Shown piece by piece: positions 1 through 11,411 of a stretch of DNA of 64,000 nt. The notes below the pieces were generated by a model. It was not told where the DNA came from, did not search any database, and saw nothing but the letters and a program-made list of their open reading frames with translations. The position numbers and the translations under genes are program-made. The stretch lies in NCBI GenBank assembly GCA_002897635.1, contig BDTD01000007.1, positions 16,907-80,906 on the forward strand, in the 5' to 3' direction. This DNA comes from a bacterium BMS3Abin11 (GTDB lineage Bacteria > Pseudomonadota > Gammaproteobacteria > BMS3Bbin11). Within the stretch, counting starts at the first letter, position 1. Each line of letters opens with the position of its first letter.

Positions 1-3000
1 ATGAATGCGGGTGGCAAGAAGGCCGTAATGTGGGGCACCACACTGGATAACCTGATCTCATGGCGCATGGTGACACCGAATGCGAAGTGGCTGGAAGTCG
101 AACGACTGGATCATAATCTCGGTAAAATTCATTTACAGGATGTCGTCCGTTTCAGTGTCCAGCACTTTCAGAAAGATGGTCTGACCGCTGACGGTGAAGC
201 AGAGATACTGGAAATTCCGGGAAGTGAATTGCACCACAACGGCCTTGGTAAGGATGTCACCAACAAGTTCCTCGGTGGTCTGCCGGGGATACAGAAAGAA
301 GGCTGTGACGGGCTCATTACCTCGGCCCGCTTTATCCTGCATCGCCTGCCGGCTAACATACACACACTCTGCCTTGAATTCTTCGGCAATGATCTGACAA
401 AATCGGTTTCGACCATCGTCGACATTGTTGAGCTGGCTGAAAAGCATGAAGGCATTCTGCTGTCAGGTCTTGAGCACCTCGATGAGCGGTATGTGAAAGC
501 CGTTGGCTACACCACCAAGGCGGCACGCGCAGAGCTACCGCGCATGATCCTTTTGATTGATCTCAGCTGCGATGATGAAGAACAACTAGATCTGATTAGC
601 CAAGACATCGTCGAGCTTGCCAAACAGCGTGGCGCAGAGGGCTTTATTGCCGCCAGCGCCGAAGCCCGCCAAAGCTTCTGGCTGGATCGTGCACGTACGG
701 CTGCCATCGCTGCTCATACCAATGCCTTCAAAATCAATGAAGACGTAGTCATTCCCCTGCCACGTCTGGCTGAGTATACCAATGGCATTGAACGTATCAA
801 TATTATTCAGTCAACCAGAAACAAGTTGGCCATTATTGATGCCGTGGCCGACTACCTTGAGTCATCAGCCGCAGAGGATATCGACGAGGCCGGCTTTGGT
901 GATAGCGACGAAAGCCATACAATTATTACAGCCAAGCTGTCATCTGCAGCAGAACATCTCAAGACCATCCAGCACTGCTGGGAATCGATCATTGCAGACC
1001 CTGACAAAGCGGCTGCAGAATTTCCACGACTGGCTGCAGCATTAGACAATGACAGCGACAAAAAAAAATCCGCTTTCTCCCTGCTGCAGTCCCGGCGGCT
1101 ACGTATCTCCTATCGACGCGAAGTTGAAAAACCGTTAAAGGTGATATTCAGTGGCAAGGCCATGCGGACAGTTCGAGACCAGCTGGATAATATTCATTCT
1201 AAAGTCCGTGCCAGTCGATTATTTGTGGCGACTCATATGCATGCTGGTGACGGTAATGTACATACCAATATCCCGGTACATTCAAACGATTATGAGATGC
1301 TGCAGGAGGCCGATCATATCGTTGATGAGATCATGCAACTGGCAAAAGATCTGGGTGGTGTCATCTCTGGTGAACACGGTATCGGTCTGACAAAAATACG
1401 CTATCTTGAGCAGAGTACAATCGAGGCATTTACCCTTTACAAAAAGCAGATTGACCCGGAACAGCACTTCAATCGGGGCAAACTACTTGCCGGCAGCGGA
1501 CTGAAAAACGCCTATACCCCATCGTTCAGATTACTCGAACAGGAAGCACTGATTCTTGAAGCCAGCGCATTCGGTGAATTGAATAATGAAATCAAAGATT
1601 GTCTGCGTTGCGGTAAGTGTAAACCGGTATGTTCCACACATATCCCTGCGGCTAATTTGCTCTACTCACCACGCAACAAGATACTGGCTTCTGGCCTGTT
1701 GGTCGAAGCCTTTCTTTATGAGGAGCAGACCCGCCGTGGCATCTCGACGCGTCACTTTAATGAACTCAATGATATCGCTGACCACTGCACCATCTGTCAT
1801 CGCTGCCTGCCACCCTGCCCGGTCGATATCGATTTTGGTGAGGTGTCTTCGTTGATCAAAAACATCCTCAAAGAGAAAGGAAAAAAGCATTTTAATGCCG
1901 GTAACTGGCTGGCCATGTCCTTCCTCAATACCAGCAGCCCACGCCGCATAAGGTGGTTACGGCTGGGAATGATCAAGGCCGGTTATGTTGGGCAGCGATG
2001 GATCAATCGACTGGCCAGGCACTTCCGGCTACTGCCGGAAAACAAACGCCCGACAGTGTCGCTGGGACAGCCCGAGATACGCAGCCAGATAGTCAATTTT
2101 GTTAAAAAACCCCTGCCCTCAGATACACCTGGCCCGACCTTGCGCGCATTGCTGGATATAGAGCAATCAAACAGCATCCCGATCATACGAGATGTTGAGA
2201 AAATCACGGATAACAGTGAAACAGTCTTCTATTTCCCGGGCTGCGGCTCCGAGCGCCTGTTTAGCCAGATAGGCATGGCAACACTGGTCATGCTGTATGA
2301 GCAGGGCCTACGAACGGTTTTGCCACCCGGTTACCTGTGTTGTGGCTATCCACAAACGGCTGGCGGCGACACCAGGCGTGGCACACAGATGTCGATCGAC
2401 AATCAGGTGCTGATGCACCGCATTGCCAATACCCTTAGCTATCTGGAAATCCGCATTATCATCGTCTCCTGTGGCACCTGTCTTGACCAATTATTGAAGT
2501 ACCAGCTACAGCATATCTTCCCTGGCTGTCGAACCCTGGATATCCATGAGTTTCTGATGGAAAAAGGGCTGACGCTTGAATCCAGTGGCAAAAAATACCT
2601 TTATCATGAACCCTGTCACAGCCCGATGAAACACCATGATCCGGTCGATGTGGCCAGCAAACTGCTGGGCGCCGAGGTTTTGCTGTCCGACCGGTGCTGC
2701 GGCGAATCAGGTACCTTCGCCATATCTCGACCCGATATCGCCACACAGGTCAGATACCGCAAAGAGGAAGAACTATTCAAAAACATAGAAACCCTGACCG
2801 GCGAAACTGGCAAAGCCGAAAACCTGAAAATACTCACCTCCTGTCCCTCCTGCCTGCAGGGCATGGCACGCTACGAAAAAAGCACGGGACTGGGCACAGA
2901 TTACATCGTCGTCGAACTCGCCGCTAATTTGTTGGGGGATGACTGGATGCGTGAATCTGCCAAGAAGATACGGAAAGAAGGGATTGAGCGGGTGCTGTTA

Positions 3001-3003
3001 TGA
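1..3003 (+). CDS. FAD-binding / 4Fe-4S / CCG-domain oxidoreductase, YdiJ-like (D-2-hydroxyacid dehydrogenase family). The N-terminus is cut off by the window edge.
   Basis: ORF is open from base 1. It contains two CxxCxxCxxxCP ferredoxin motifs (CLRCGKCKPVC, CTICHRCLPPCP), C-terminal cysteine-rich CCG repeats (GlcF-like) and an N-terminal GlcD-like FAD-oxidase region. The roughly 1000 aa fused architecture matches YdiJ. Confidence 0.75.
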   Translation: MNAGGKKAVMWGTTLDNLISWRMVTPNAKWLEVERLDHNLGKIHLQDVVRFSVQHFQKDGLTADGEAEILEIPGSELHHNGLGKDVTNKFLGGLPGIQKEGCDGLITSARFILHRLPANIHTLCLEFFGNDLTKSVSTIVDIVELAEKHEGILLSGLEHLDERYVKAVGYTTKAARAELPRMILLIDLSCDDEEQLDLISQDIVELAKQRGAEGFIAASAEARQSFWLDRARTAAIAAHTNAFKINEDVVIPLPRLAEYTNGIERINIIQSTRNKLAIIDAVADYLESSAAEDIDEAGFGDSDESHTIITAKLSSAAEHLKTIQHCWESIIADPDKAAAEFPRLAAALDNDSDKKKSAFSLLQSRRLRISYRREVEKPLKVIFSGKAMRTVRDQLDNIHSKVRASRLFVATHMHAGDGNVHTNIPVHSNDYEMLQEADHIVDEIMQLAKDLGGVISGEHGIGLTKIRYLEQSTIEAFTLYKKQIDPEQHFNRGKLLAGSGLKNAYTPSFRLLEQEALILEASAFGELNNEIKDCLRCGKCKPVCSTHIPAANLLYSPRNKILASGLLVEAFLYEEQTRRGISTRHFNELNDIADHCTICHRCLPPCPVDIDFGEVSSLIKNILKEKGKKHFNAGNWLAMSFLNTSSPRRIRWLRLGMIKAGYVGQRWINRLARHFRLLPENKRPTVSLGQPEIRSQIVNFVKKPLPSDTPGPTLRALLDIEQSNSIPIIRDVEKITDNSETVFYFPGCGSERLFSQIGMATLVMLYEQGLRTVLPPGYLCCGYPQTAGGDTRRGTQMSIDNQVLMHRIANTLSYLEIRIIIVSCGTCLDQLLKYQLQHIFPGCRTLDIHEFLMEKGLTLESSGKKYLYHEPCHSPMKHHDPVDVASKLLGAEVLLSDRCCGESGTFAISRPDIATQVRYRKEEELFKNIETLTGETGKAENLKILTSCPSCLQGMARYEKSTGLGTDYIVVELAANLLGDDWMRESAKKIRKEGIERVLL

Positions 3004-3095
3004 GATGAGTTCCTGAAACCTGGAACTCACCCCCATGACAGAGACAACACCATTCTGTAGAATAAACAACCCATACATAACGAGAAACTACGTCT

Positions 3096-4388
3096 TTGAG
3101 TGATTTATCTATCTGGGTACTGTTTGTAATTCTGGTGGTACTCATTGCCTGCTCTGCTTTTTTTTCATCCTCTGAAACCGCAATGATGGCGCTTAACCGC
3201 TATCGTCTGAAAAATCTTGCTGACAAAGGACATCGCAGTGCGAAGCTGGCAAGTCGTCTGCTTGATCAGCCTGATCGACTGCTTGGTGTTATTCTGTTAG
3301 GTAATAACCTGGTCAATCTTTCTGCCGCTTCAATCAGCACTATTGCTGCCCTGCGTCTCTATGGTGAGACTGCTATTGCCGTATTTACATTCATTCTTAC
3401 CCTGATCGTGCTGGTGTTTGCCGAGGTTGCACCGAAAACGCTGGCAATGCGCCATCCTGAAAAAATTGCTTTTCCTGCGTCTTATGTACTCATCGTGTTG
3501 TTGTGGGTTTTATATCCCATCGTCTGGATCATCAATATTGTCGCTAACCGTTTTTTACGCCTGTTCAATATCAAGCCACAACACAACCGGGACGCATTGA
3601 ATAAGGACGAGCTGCGTACGGTGGTAAGCCAGGCGGAAAGCCTGATCCCCAAGAGTCACCATGACATGTTAATGAGCATCCTGGATCTGGAGCGAATCAC
3701 CGTAGAAGATATCATGGTTCCACGTAGTGCCATCGAAGGCATTGATCTTGATGATGAATGGGAAGAAATCCTGGAACAGCTGGCTACCAGCCATCATACC
3801 CGCCTGCCTGTCTTTAAGGGTAGCCTTGACAATGTGGTCGGTGTACTGCATTTACGACGGGTTATACATGCCGTACAGGCTAATGATCTTGATCGGGAAA
3901 AACTGGTAGAACTACTGCGGCCTGCCTACTTTGTGCCGGAAGATACACCGGTAATGCAACAACTACTAATCATGCAAAAAGAAAGGCGTCGCCTGGGTCT
4001 GGCGGTTGATGAGTATGGCGACCTGCAGGGCATGATTACTATGGATGAGATTCTTGAGGAAATCATTGGCGAATTTAATACTCAGGTTCCAGGCGACCTA
4101 CAGGATGTACATAAACAAAGTGATGGTTCCTACATGGTCAATGGCATGGCCTCAATTCGTGATCTAAACCGGAATTTGGGCTGGCAACTACCAGTTAACG
4201 GACCTAAAACACTGAACGGCCTTATTCTGGAAAAACTTGAAGACATTCCTCAAACCGGAACAACCATGCTGATAGACAATTATCCTGTTGAAGTAGTGCA
4301 GACCAAGGGTGCGGCAGTACGGATGGTGCGTATCTATCCACGTGTAGAATCTGTGGTCGATGAAACTGATGCAGACACGTCCTCATAA
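3096..4388 (+). CDS. CNNM/CorC-HlyC family membrane protein (DUF21-CBS pair-CorC_HlyC); probable divalent-cation efflux or hemolysin-like protein
   Basis: N-terminal 4-TM DUF21 region (LLGVILLGNNLVNL), a central CBS pair and a C-terminal transporter-associated domain. Confidence 0.85.
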   Translation: MSDLSIWVLFVILVVLIACSAFFSSSETAMMALNRYRLKNLADKGHRSAKLASRLLDQPDRLLGVILLGNNLVNLSAASISTIAALRLYGETAIAVFTFILTLIVLVFAEVAPKTLAMRHPEKIAFPASYVLIVLLWVLYPIVWIINIVANRFLRLFNIKPQHNRDALNKDELRTVVSQAESLIPKSHHDMLMSILDLERITVEDIMVPRSAIEGIDLDDEWEEILEQLATSHHTRLPVFKGSLDNVVGVLHLRRVIHAVQANDLDREKLVELLRPAYFVPEDTPVMQQLLIMQKERRRLGLAVDEYGDLQGMITMDEILEEIIGEFNTQVPGDLQDVHKQSDGSYMVNGMASIRDLNRNLGWQLPVNGPKTLNGLILEKLEDIPQTGTTMLIDNYPVEVVQTKGAAVRMVRIYPRVESVVDETDADTSS

Positions 4389-4648
4389 AGGGCTTATCTA
4401 TCAATCTTGTTTTCCTGTACTGACTATGGGGCAATTCTGCGACTGTCCAACTCACCTCAAGTACAGCGTGTAAAATACTTTAAACGCCAGGTATTCTTTA
4501 ATTGCAGTAAATAGCGGAGATTGTCGAGCAACTGTAGTAGGTGTAATTTACGTAAAAGATATACAAATCTTTGTTTAGTTTTTTTCATTAACTTCTATAA
4601 ATTTGGGCGAGTAATCTTATTAGATTTGACTGAAAAAATTATGAACTA

Positions 4649-5320
4649 TCACTCACCCATTTTCCTTGCCACCTTATCACGCACATAATGAGGCAATGCA
4701 TCCGCTGGATCAGTTTCTCTCCCCTGCCCTGATTCATGCAAGGCAATACGGGCTATATCAGCCGCATGTGGGTATTCATTATCGATGCCGGTGATCACCC
4801 TGTCAGCCGTATTCATCATCATAAATTTATCTTTGTAGCGATCCCAGCCTGTGCCAGTAAGGAGAATACTGCCACGATCCGGCAGGTTGATCTCATCAGG
4901 GGATGACACAGCAATTTCTCCTGTTAACTCAGGTGGGTCATTTTTTTTAATACGATACAAACCATGATAAACCTGATCCATGCGTGCATCGATAACACTC
5001 AGCACCCACCCCTGTTGCCTTGATGCCAGGGCAGCGAGTGATGATACGGCAATCAATTTACGCTCCCTGGCCAATGCCAGTCCCTGCATCATTGCTGCAC
5101 CGATTCGTAAGCCTGTAAATGAACCCGGACCTGAGCCATAGGCAAACAGGTCTATGTCAGCCAGACTGGCAGCATTTTCTTTGAGCAAGGTATTGATCAT
5201 CAGCAACAGATGCTCAGCATGGCCTCTGCCAATCACCTCGAATTTTTCCATCACTTCTTGCTCGGTTAGTAAAGCCACTGAGCAAGCTTCGGTAGAACTA
5301 TCCAGTGCAAGAATTTTCAT
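4649..5320 (-). CDS. tsaB: tRNA threonylcarbamoyladenosine biosynthesis protein TsaB (YeaZ)
   Basis: MKILALDSSTEACSVAL...GPGSFTGLRIG motifs of the inactive Kae1/YgjD paralog. The ATGA start overlaps the relA stop by 4 bp. Confidence 0.85.
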   Translation of the reverse strand: MKILALDSSTEACSVALLTEQEVMEKFEVIGRGHAEHLLLMINTLLKENAASLADIDLFAYGSGPGSFTGLRIGAAMMQGLALARERKLIAVSSLAALASRQQGWVLSVIDARMDQVYHGLYRIKKNDPPELTGEIAVSSPDEINLPDRGSILLTGTGWDRYKDKFMMMNTADRVITGIDNEYPHAADIARIALHESGQGRETDPADALPHYVRDKVARKMGE

Positions 5321-7524
5321 TCAGTAATTCTTCTGGCTTCATACACATTAGGTAATTCATTGATTCGCGACAGCAGCTGACTCAACCTGCTTAAGTTCTC
5401 AACTTCTATTGTCAGTTTCATCGTTGCTTCATTTGTACGGCTATTGGATTTTGTACTGACGGCCGTGACGTTGGTTTTTTCATTTGAAAGCAATGCCGTA
5501 ATATCGTGTAACAATCCTTTTCGGTCATAAGCCACTATCTGTATATCTACGGTATAAATATCCTGTTCCGGGCCTCCCCAGTTGACCTCAATGAGATGTT
5601 TATCTTCCTGATTTCTTGCACGCAGGACATTGCTGCAATCGCTGCGATGGATACTGACCCCTCTGCCCTGAGTGATGTAGCCAACAATATCATCACCCGG
5701 CACCGGCTTGCAGCACTGTGCCATATGCGTCATCAAGTTGCCGACCCCCAGAACATGTATATCGGATCGATTTTTTTTAGCAGGCTGCTGGCGTAGTTTT
5801 AACTCAGGTTCTTTTTTCGTTTGCGGACTCAGAAAACCCTGCAGTGCGTTCGCAATCTGGGTAATTTTTACTTCACTACGCCCAACTGCCGCCATCATGT
5901 CGCTAGTTTTGTTAAATTTCAATCGCTGCGAAAGTTTGTCTATGTTGACGTCTTTCAAACCAAGGCGCAGCAGCTCCTTATCGAGTATGGTTCTTCCATC
6001 CGCTGCATTCTGATCATATTCCTGATGACGGAACCATTGTTGTATTTTTGATTTCGCCCGATGTGATCGTGTGTAACCCAGGTGCGGATTGATCCAGTCA
6101 CGGCTGGGCTGGCCTTCTTTAATTGTCAGGATTTCAACTTTATCACCCGTTTTTAATTGATAGGTTAGTTGGGCAATCGCGCCATTCACCCGTGCACCAC
6201 GGCAACGGTGACCTATTTCGGTGTGTATACTGTATGCAAAATCCAGCGGGGTGGAACCGCTCGGTAAATCTATGATTTTGCCGGCCGGGGTAAATACATA
6301 GACCCGATCTTCAAATACCTGACTGCGAAATTCGGCAACAAAGTCGCTGCCGTCGGCCGCTTCATCTTTCCATTCCAGCAACTGTCTGAGCCAGGCAATC
6401 TTGCGATCAAAACTTTCATCATGACCGACCCCTTCCTTGTAGCGCCAGTGGGCGGCAACACCGAGTTCACCACGTTCATGCATGGCATGGGTACGAATCT
6501 GTATCTCCACCAGCTTGCCTTCCGGTCCACGCACGGCGGTATGAATGGACTGATAGTTATTATTCTTCGGCGTAGTGATGTAGTCATCGAACTCTTCTTT
6601 GATGTAGGGCCACAGAGAATGCGCCACCCCGAGCGCTGCATAACAATCAGGGATAGTATCGACCAGAATCCGTACTGCCCGCACATCAAATATCTGATCA
6701 ATATCCACATTTTTACGCATCATTTTGCGGTAGATACTGTTGATGTGCTTCACCCTGCCGCTAATTTCTGCCTGGATACCCACTTTATTGAGTTCATCTT
6801 CCAGTTTTTGCATGAATTGCTCGATATACACTTCACGGTCTGCACGTCGTTCATCAAGGCTTGCCGCAATTCGGTGGTATTCATCCGGCTTCAGATAACG
6901 TAGTGACAGGTCCTCTAGCTGCCACTTAAGTTGCCAGATGCCCAGACGATTGGCCAACGGGGAAAATATCTCCTGCGTCTGTGCGGCGATCTTTCGCTGC
7001 TGTTCGGCAGGGCTGTTTTTTAAATGACGTAATAGCAATAAACGATCTGCCAGCTTGATCAGAACGACCCGGACATCTTCGACCATGGCTAGCAACATCC
7101 TGCGCAGGTTCTCACCATCAATCTGCGATGACTGGCCTGTCTGTAGATTTTTCTCTGCCGCAGGCATGATATCCATGCGGGCTACGCCAGCCACCAGCCC
7201 GGCGATTGCCTCGCCAAAGTTTTGTTTAATTTTTTCTATGCGCTGCTGACCAGTAATTGAGCTGTCATGCAGTATACCTGCCACCAATGTTTCATTATCC
7301 ACCTTAAGATCGCGCAGAATGTTGGCCACCTCCAGAGACGCCAGTATCGTGCCAGCTTCATCGTCAGTCGAAACCTCGGATTGTCTGAAGGTAAAAGCAT
7401 GACGAATCAGCTCGACATCAACAGAGGACTCATCCTTGCCCCTGTTCTCGCTCTCTAGCGACTGTATCCAGTGCTCAAGATTATTGACATTAGGAGGAGT
7501 TTTGTCAGCAAGAGACCTGACCAT
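5317..7524 (-). CDS. relA: GTP pyrophosphokinase RelA, (p)ppGpp synthetase I
   Basis: RelA/SpoT family with a synthetase domain plus TGS and ACT. The HD region is degenerate (GILHDSSITGQQ), as in RelA rather than SpoT. The track ORF extends to 7620, but the internal Met (MVRSLADK...) aligns with the E. coli RelA N-terminus (MVAVRSAH...) and removes the overlap with the upstream gene. Confidence 0.8.
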   Translation of the reverse strand: MVRSLADKTPPNVNNLEHWIQSLESENRGKDESSVDVELIRHAFTFRQSEVSTDDEAGTILASLEVANILRDLKVDNETLVAGILHDSSITGQQRIEKIKQNFGEAIAGLVAGVARMDIMPAAEKNLQTGQSSQIDGENLRRMLLAMVEDVRVVLIKLADRLLLLRHLKNSPAEQQRKIAAQTQEIFSPLANRLGIWQLKWQLEDLSLRYLKPDEYHRIAASLDERRADREVYIEQFMQKLEDELNKVGIQAEISGRVKHINSIYRKMMRKNVDIDQIFDVRAVRILVDTIPDCYAALGVAHSLWPYIKEEFDDYITTPKNNNYQSIHTAVRGPEGKLVEIQIRTHAMHERGELGVAAHWRYKEGVGHDESFDRKIAWLRQLLEWKDEAADGSDFVAEFRSQVFEDRVYVFTPAGKIIDLPSGSTPLDFAYSIHTEIGHRCRGARVNGAIAQLTYQLKTGDKVEILTIKEGQPSRDWINPHLGYTRSHRAKSKIQQWFRHQEYDQNAADGRTILDKELLRLGLKDVNIDKLSQRLKFNKTSDMMAAVGRSEVKITQIANALQGFLSPQTKKEPELKLRQQPAKKNRSDIHVLGVGNLMTHMAQCCKPVPGDDIVGYITQGRGVSIHRSDCSNVLRARNQEDKHLIEVNWGGPEQDIYTVDIQIVAYDRKGLLHDITALLSNEKTNVTAVSTKSNSRTNEATMKLTIEVENLSRLSQLLSRINELPNVYEARRITE

Positions 7525-7537
7525 TAGAGTTCCCGGA

Positions 7538-8557
7538 CTAGCCTTCCGGCTGAACTTCCTGTGGGAGGCCTTTAAAGGCCTCGCCGAACCAGAAAGCCTG
7601 ATCTTTCTCGAGAAAGTCATTTACCGGCATATAATGTGAACCATCACAGGAAAAAGTCAGCCCGACCATACCATTTATAATATTAATTGAACTCGAACGC
7701 AGATAGATAGTTTCATCTGCAAAACGCAGACATTTGAACTGTTCAAAACAGGCCCTTACCTGTTCAATACTTATCGTTGCCTTACTGGTATAGGAGCGCC
7801 AGGGGTAGGCCAGCGACAGGTCTGGATCGAGTATTTCTTCAATGGTAAGAATTCGATAACTGTAAGGGTCTTCCATTAACCATAAGGAACAACGTCCGCT
7901 GGAAAAATGAATCTTGGCATGAAACACACCATGTTCAGCGAACAGTGTTTCGAACCTGGCCAGGACTTCGTCGATGTGTTCATCAAGCTGGCTGGTGTAA
8001 CGCTCCTGAAGGAAAAGTGTGCCACGAATAGCCGGGTCACCACGGTACTGATTCCACTGTGGTACCGATACCGGCAGGCTGCTGTCATGCAGGAGATCGT
8101 TAACAGAAAAGTCTGCTGCAATAAAACCCAGTAATTCATTATCTCTGTTCACAGCCTGTAGTGCGGTGATGCACTCTCTTCCATCGTAGTCGCTACGATA
8201 AACCGATGACAGCATGATTCCCATGTATGGCAAATGCTTGCTTAGAAATGGACGATTATTCAAGTCCTTGCCCATCCATGATTCATCAACTCTGTCCGGC
8301 AGGATCATGCAGCTGATCACATTCCCATCGACGTTCCAGGCATACAGCAAACTACAATCCGGGATAGCGCCAATTTCGTGCTGTAATAGCTGATCAATTC
8401 CCTGCTGATCCGGCCAGATTTCACTACACATCTCAGCCACCTCAGCGAGAGGCTTTTTGATACGCTTTGCCAGTTCTTCTTTTTTAGCCAGTGTGCGAAT
8501 ATTTACTGTATTTTGATTAGGCATTTGGATATTGGCCGTTGTAATTTCATCATTCAT
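7538..8557 (-). CDS. Hypothetical soluble protein with an N-terminal Cache/PAS-like (PDC-fold) region
   Basis: A 339 aa ORF with good coding look. Residues roughly 60-160 (YAWNVDGNVISCMILPDR...LLGFIAADFSVNDL) resemble Cache/PDC sensor folds. No TM segment and no recognizable output domain. Confidence 0.45.
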   Translation of the reverse strand: MNDEITTANIQMPNQNTVNIRTLAKKEELAKRIKKPLAEVAEMCSEIWPDQQGIDQLLQHEIGAIPDCSLLYAWNVDGNVISCMILPDRVDESWMGKDLNNRPFLSKHLPYMGIMLSSVYRSDYDGRECITALQAVNRDNELLGFIAADFSVNDLLHDSSLPVSVPQWNQYRGDPAIRGTLFLQERYTSQLDEHIDEVLARFETLFAEHGVFHAKIHFSSGRCSLWLMEDPYSYRILTIEEILDPDLSLAYPWRSYTSKATISIEQVRACFEQFKCLRFADETIYLRSSSINIINGMVGLTFSCDGSHYMPVNDFLEKDQAFWFGEAFKGLPQEVQPEG

Positions 8558-8682
8558 TCAGGATTTATACCGTTATTTTATGACAACAGTATTACATTGC
8601 AGGAGCGCCGCCTCGGCGCGATTGTCTCTGCGACTAAGAATCTTCTATAAAGAATCGCGGCGAGACGGTACTTCTACAGAAA

Positions 8683-9999
8683 TCAATCTGAACTCAGGTA
8701 TTCTACACGTATGCGCGTAATATCCGGTTCGATCTCAGCCAGCCTGGCAATTGCGACCAGCGCCTGATTCATTGATTTTTCAATTACACAGTGTGTCAGT
8801 ATAACAATCGGCACACTGGCACCCTGCTTGTGCGGTGCTTTCTGTACTATGGCCTCAATGCTAATACCATTTTCGCCCAGTATTTTAGTGACCTTTGCCA
8901 GCACATTAGGCTGATCCTGGGCCTGTAAGCGAAGGAACCAGGCGCTGCTCACCTCTTCAATAGGCAATATTGCCGTATCATCCAGCGCATCAGCCTGAAA
9001 GGCCAGGTGAGGAACACGGTTTTCAGGGTCAGTGGTCAGCGCACGCACAACGTCAACCAGATCGGCAACGACAGCGGATGCCGTCGGGTCAGCCCCGGCT
9101 CCGGCACCATAATACAGTGTTGGCCCAACCGCATCACCATTCACCAGTATCGCATTCATCACCCCATCAACATTCGCGATCAGGCGCTTTTCAGGAATCA
9201 GCGTAGGGTGAACACGAAGTTCGACGCCTTTATCTGTACGCTTTGCTATTCCCAGATGTTTAATACGAAAGCCCAGATCAGCTGCATCGGTGACATCCTG
9301 CGTGGTTAACTTGCGCATACCTTCGGTATAGGCCTTGTCAAACTGCAGCGGAATACCAAATGCAATAGAAGCCAATATTGTAAGTTTGTGCGCTGCATCG
9401 ATACCTTCCACATCAAAGGTGGGGTCAGCTTCTGCATAACCCAGCTCCTGGGCTTCCAGCAGTGCATCATCGAAGCTGCGGCCCTTGTCACGCATCTCGG
9501 TAAGAATGAAATTGCTGGTGCCGTTGATGATGCCTGCCAGCCATTGCACACGATTACCTGCCAAACCTTCTCGTACTGCCTTGATAATTGGTATGCCGCC
9601 TGCCACGGCTGCCTCAAAGGCGACGGTGACACCCATCTTCTGCGCTGCAGCAAAAACTTCATTTCCATGCACTGCAATCAATGCTTTATTGGCCGTCACC
9701 ACATGTTTGCCATTGGCGATAGCTTTTTGCACCAGTTCCAGCGATAGCGTATCACCGCCAATCAGTTCCACCACGACATCGATATCCGGATGATTAACGA
9801 TTTCAAATGGGTCTGTGGTCAGCTTGATCGAGCTGGTATCACAAATACGCTGTTTATCCAGCGAGCGTACCGAGGCCATCACAACCCGTATTTCGCGTCC
9901 CGCACGCCGGGAAATCTCATCGGCATTACGATTGAGAACATTTACCGTTCCACCACCGACTGTGCCCAGCCCTAATATGCCTATATTTACTGGTTTCAT
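8683..9999 (-). CDS. hom: Homoserine dehydrogenase
   Basis: N-terminal NAD-binding motif GILGLGTVGGG, a Hom catalytic domain and a C-terminal ACT domain. Confidence 0.9.
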   Translation of the reverse strand: MKPVNIGILGLGTVGGGTVNVLNRNADEISRRAGREIRVVMASVRSLDKQRICDTSSIKLTTDPFEIVNHPDIDVVVELIGGDTLSLELVQKAIANGKHVVTANKALIAVHGNEVFAAAQKMGVTVAFEAAVAGGIPIIKAVREGLAGNRVQWLAGIINGTSNFILTEMRDKGRSFDDALLEAQELGYAEADPTFDVEGIDAAHKLTILASIAFGIPLQFDKAYTEGMRKLTTQDVTDAADLGFRIKHLGIAKRTDKGVELRVHPTLIPEKRLIANVDGVMNAILVNGDAVGPTLYYGAGAGADPTASAVVADLVDVVRALTTDPENRVPHLAFQADALDDTAILPIEEVSSAWFLRLQAQDQPNVLAKVTKILGENGISIEAIVQKAPHKQGASVPIVILTHCVIEKSMNQALVAIARLAEIEPDITRIRVEYLSSD

Positions 10000-10049
10000 T
10001 GTTTCTCTTTTTGGTTCAGTGTTCAGTGTTCAGTAATTATACTTAATGC

Positions 10050-11228
10050 TCAGGAATCCTTACGCAGCATTTCACGTATTCCACGAACGGCCTGTCGGGT
10101 ACGCTGTTCATTCTCTATCAGGCTGAAACGGACATGGTCATCACCGTATTCACCAAAGCCAACACCCGGAGAAACGGCCACTTTCGCTTCCAGCAGAAGT
10201 TTTTTAGCGAACTCTAACGAACCCATCTCTTTATATTGATCCGGTATCTCAGCCCAGACAAACATGGTGGCCTTAGGCTTATCCACTGGCCAGCCAGCAG
10301 CAGTCAGTCCCTCACAAAGCACATCCCGGCGATGCTGGTACATATCGCGGATTTTTTCCACTTCATCATCACACTGCTCCAGCGCAACAATCGCCGCTAC
10401 CTGTATAGGTGTGAACATGCCATAATCGAGATAGGATTTCATTCTTGCCAGAGCTGAGACCAGTTCTTTATTACCAACCATAAAACCGACCCGCCATCCT
10501 GGCATATTATAACTCTTTGACAGGCTGAAGAATTCAACAGCGATATCTTTGGCACCCGGTACCTGAAGAATCGAGGGTGCCTCATAGCCATCAAAAACGA
10601 TATCAGCATAGGCTACGTCATGCACTACCCATATGTTGTGCTCTTTGGCTATTGTCACAACGCGGGTGAGAAAATCAAGATCGACACATTGCGTAGTAGG
10701 ATTTCCCGGAAAGTTGATCACCAGCATCTTGGGTTTTGGCCAGGAATTTTTGATCGCCTTTTCTATTTCAGCAAAAAAATCACCGCCTTTAACCAGTGGT
10801 ACATGACGGATATCCGCGCCGGCGATGACAAACCCGTAAGGATGAATCGGATAACTGGGATTCGGCACCAGTACCGCGTCGCCCACCTCTACTGTAGCCA
10901 GTGCCAGGTGCGCAAGTCCTTCTTTGGATCCGATGGTGACGATGGCCTCATTTTCCATATCTAGATCGACATCATATTTGCGCTTGTACCAACCACAAAT
11001 AGCCTTGCGTAAACGCGGGATACCTCGGGAAAGAGAGTAGCGATGAGTATCTGGCCGCTTCGCCGCTTCGCACAGCTTGTCGACAATAATCTGCGGTGTC
11101 GGCTGATCAGGATTTCCCATCCCGAAATCAATAATATCCTCACCCCGCTGCCTCGCCTCTGCTTTCAGCGCATTAACGATGTTAAAGACATAGGGTGGAA
11201 GTCTCTTGATACGGGCAAATTGTTCCAT
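10050..11228 (-). CDS. Class I/II pyridoxal-phosphate aminotransferase, AlaC/YfdZ-like (alanine-synthesizing transaminase)
   Basis: [15 protein letters not shown]...GMGNPD... N-terminus and [15 protein letters not shown]-lysine region typical of AlaC-type aminotransferases. Confidence 0.8.
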   Translation of the reverse strand: MEQFARIKRLPPYVFNIVNALKAEARQRGEDIIDFGMGNPDQPTPQIIVDKLCEAAKRPDTHRYSLSRGIPRLRKAICGWYKRKYDVDLDMENEAIVTIGSKEGLAHLALATVEVGDAVLVPNPSYPIHPYGFVIAGADIRHVPLVKGGDFFAEIEKAIKNSWPKPKMLVINFPGNPTTQCVDLDFLTRVVTIAKEHNIWVVHDVAYADIVFDGYEAPSILQVPGAKDIAVEFFSLSKSYNMPGWRVGFMVGNKELVSALARMKSYLDYGMFTPIQVAAIVALEQCDDEVEKIRDMYQHRRDVLCEGLTAAGWPVDKPKATMFVWAEIPDQYKEMGSLEFAKKLLLEAKVAVSPGVGFGEYGDDHVRFSLIENEQRTRQAVRGIREMLRKDS

Positions 11229-11320
11229 TTCTACTCAACTAAAACGCCGGGCTATCTATTCCGAAAAAACTAAGAACGATACTGGGCGATGCGTGGGGTG
11301 TCAAATGATATAAAGATATT

Positions 11321-11407
11321 GTAGGTGCAAATTCATTCGCACAAATTCGCACAAATAGATCGGGATATTAATTTTGTCCGAATGAATTCGGACCTACAAT
11401 TGAGTTC
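11321..11407. promoter_or_regulatory. 87 bp imperfect hairpin with an internal tandem TTCGCACAAA x2; lies between the DUF1289 gene and the alaC-like aminotransferase start
   Basis: GTAGGTGCAAATTCATTCG ... CGAATGAATTCGGACCTAC inverted arms, read directly from the sequence. Confidence 0.35.
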
Positions 11408-11411
11408 TTCC

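Noticed and set aside
133-2927. Many 60-100 aa ORFs nested in or antisense to the ydiJ-like gene, and similarly within purL, relA and clpB
   Set aside because: They lie inside long, well-supported genes on other frames or strands, which is typical six-frame noise.
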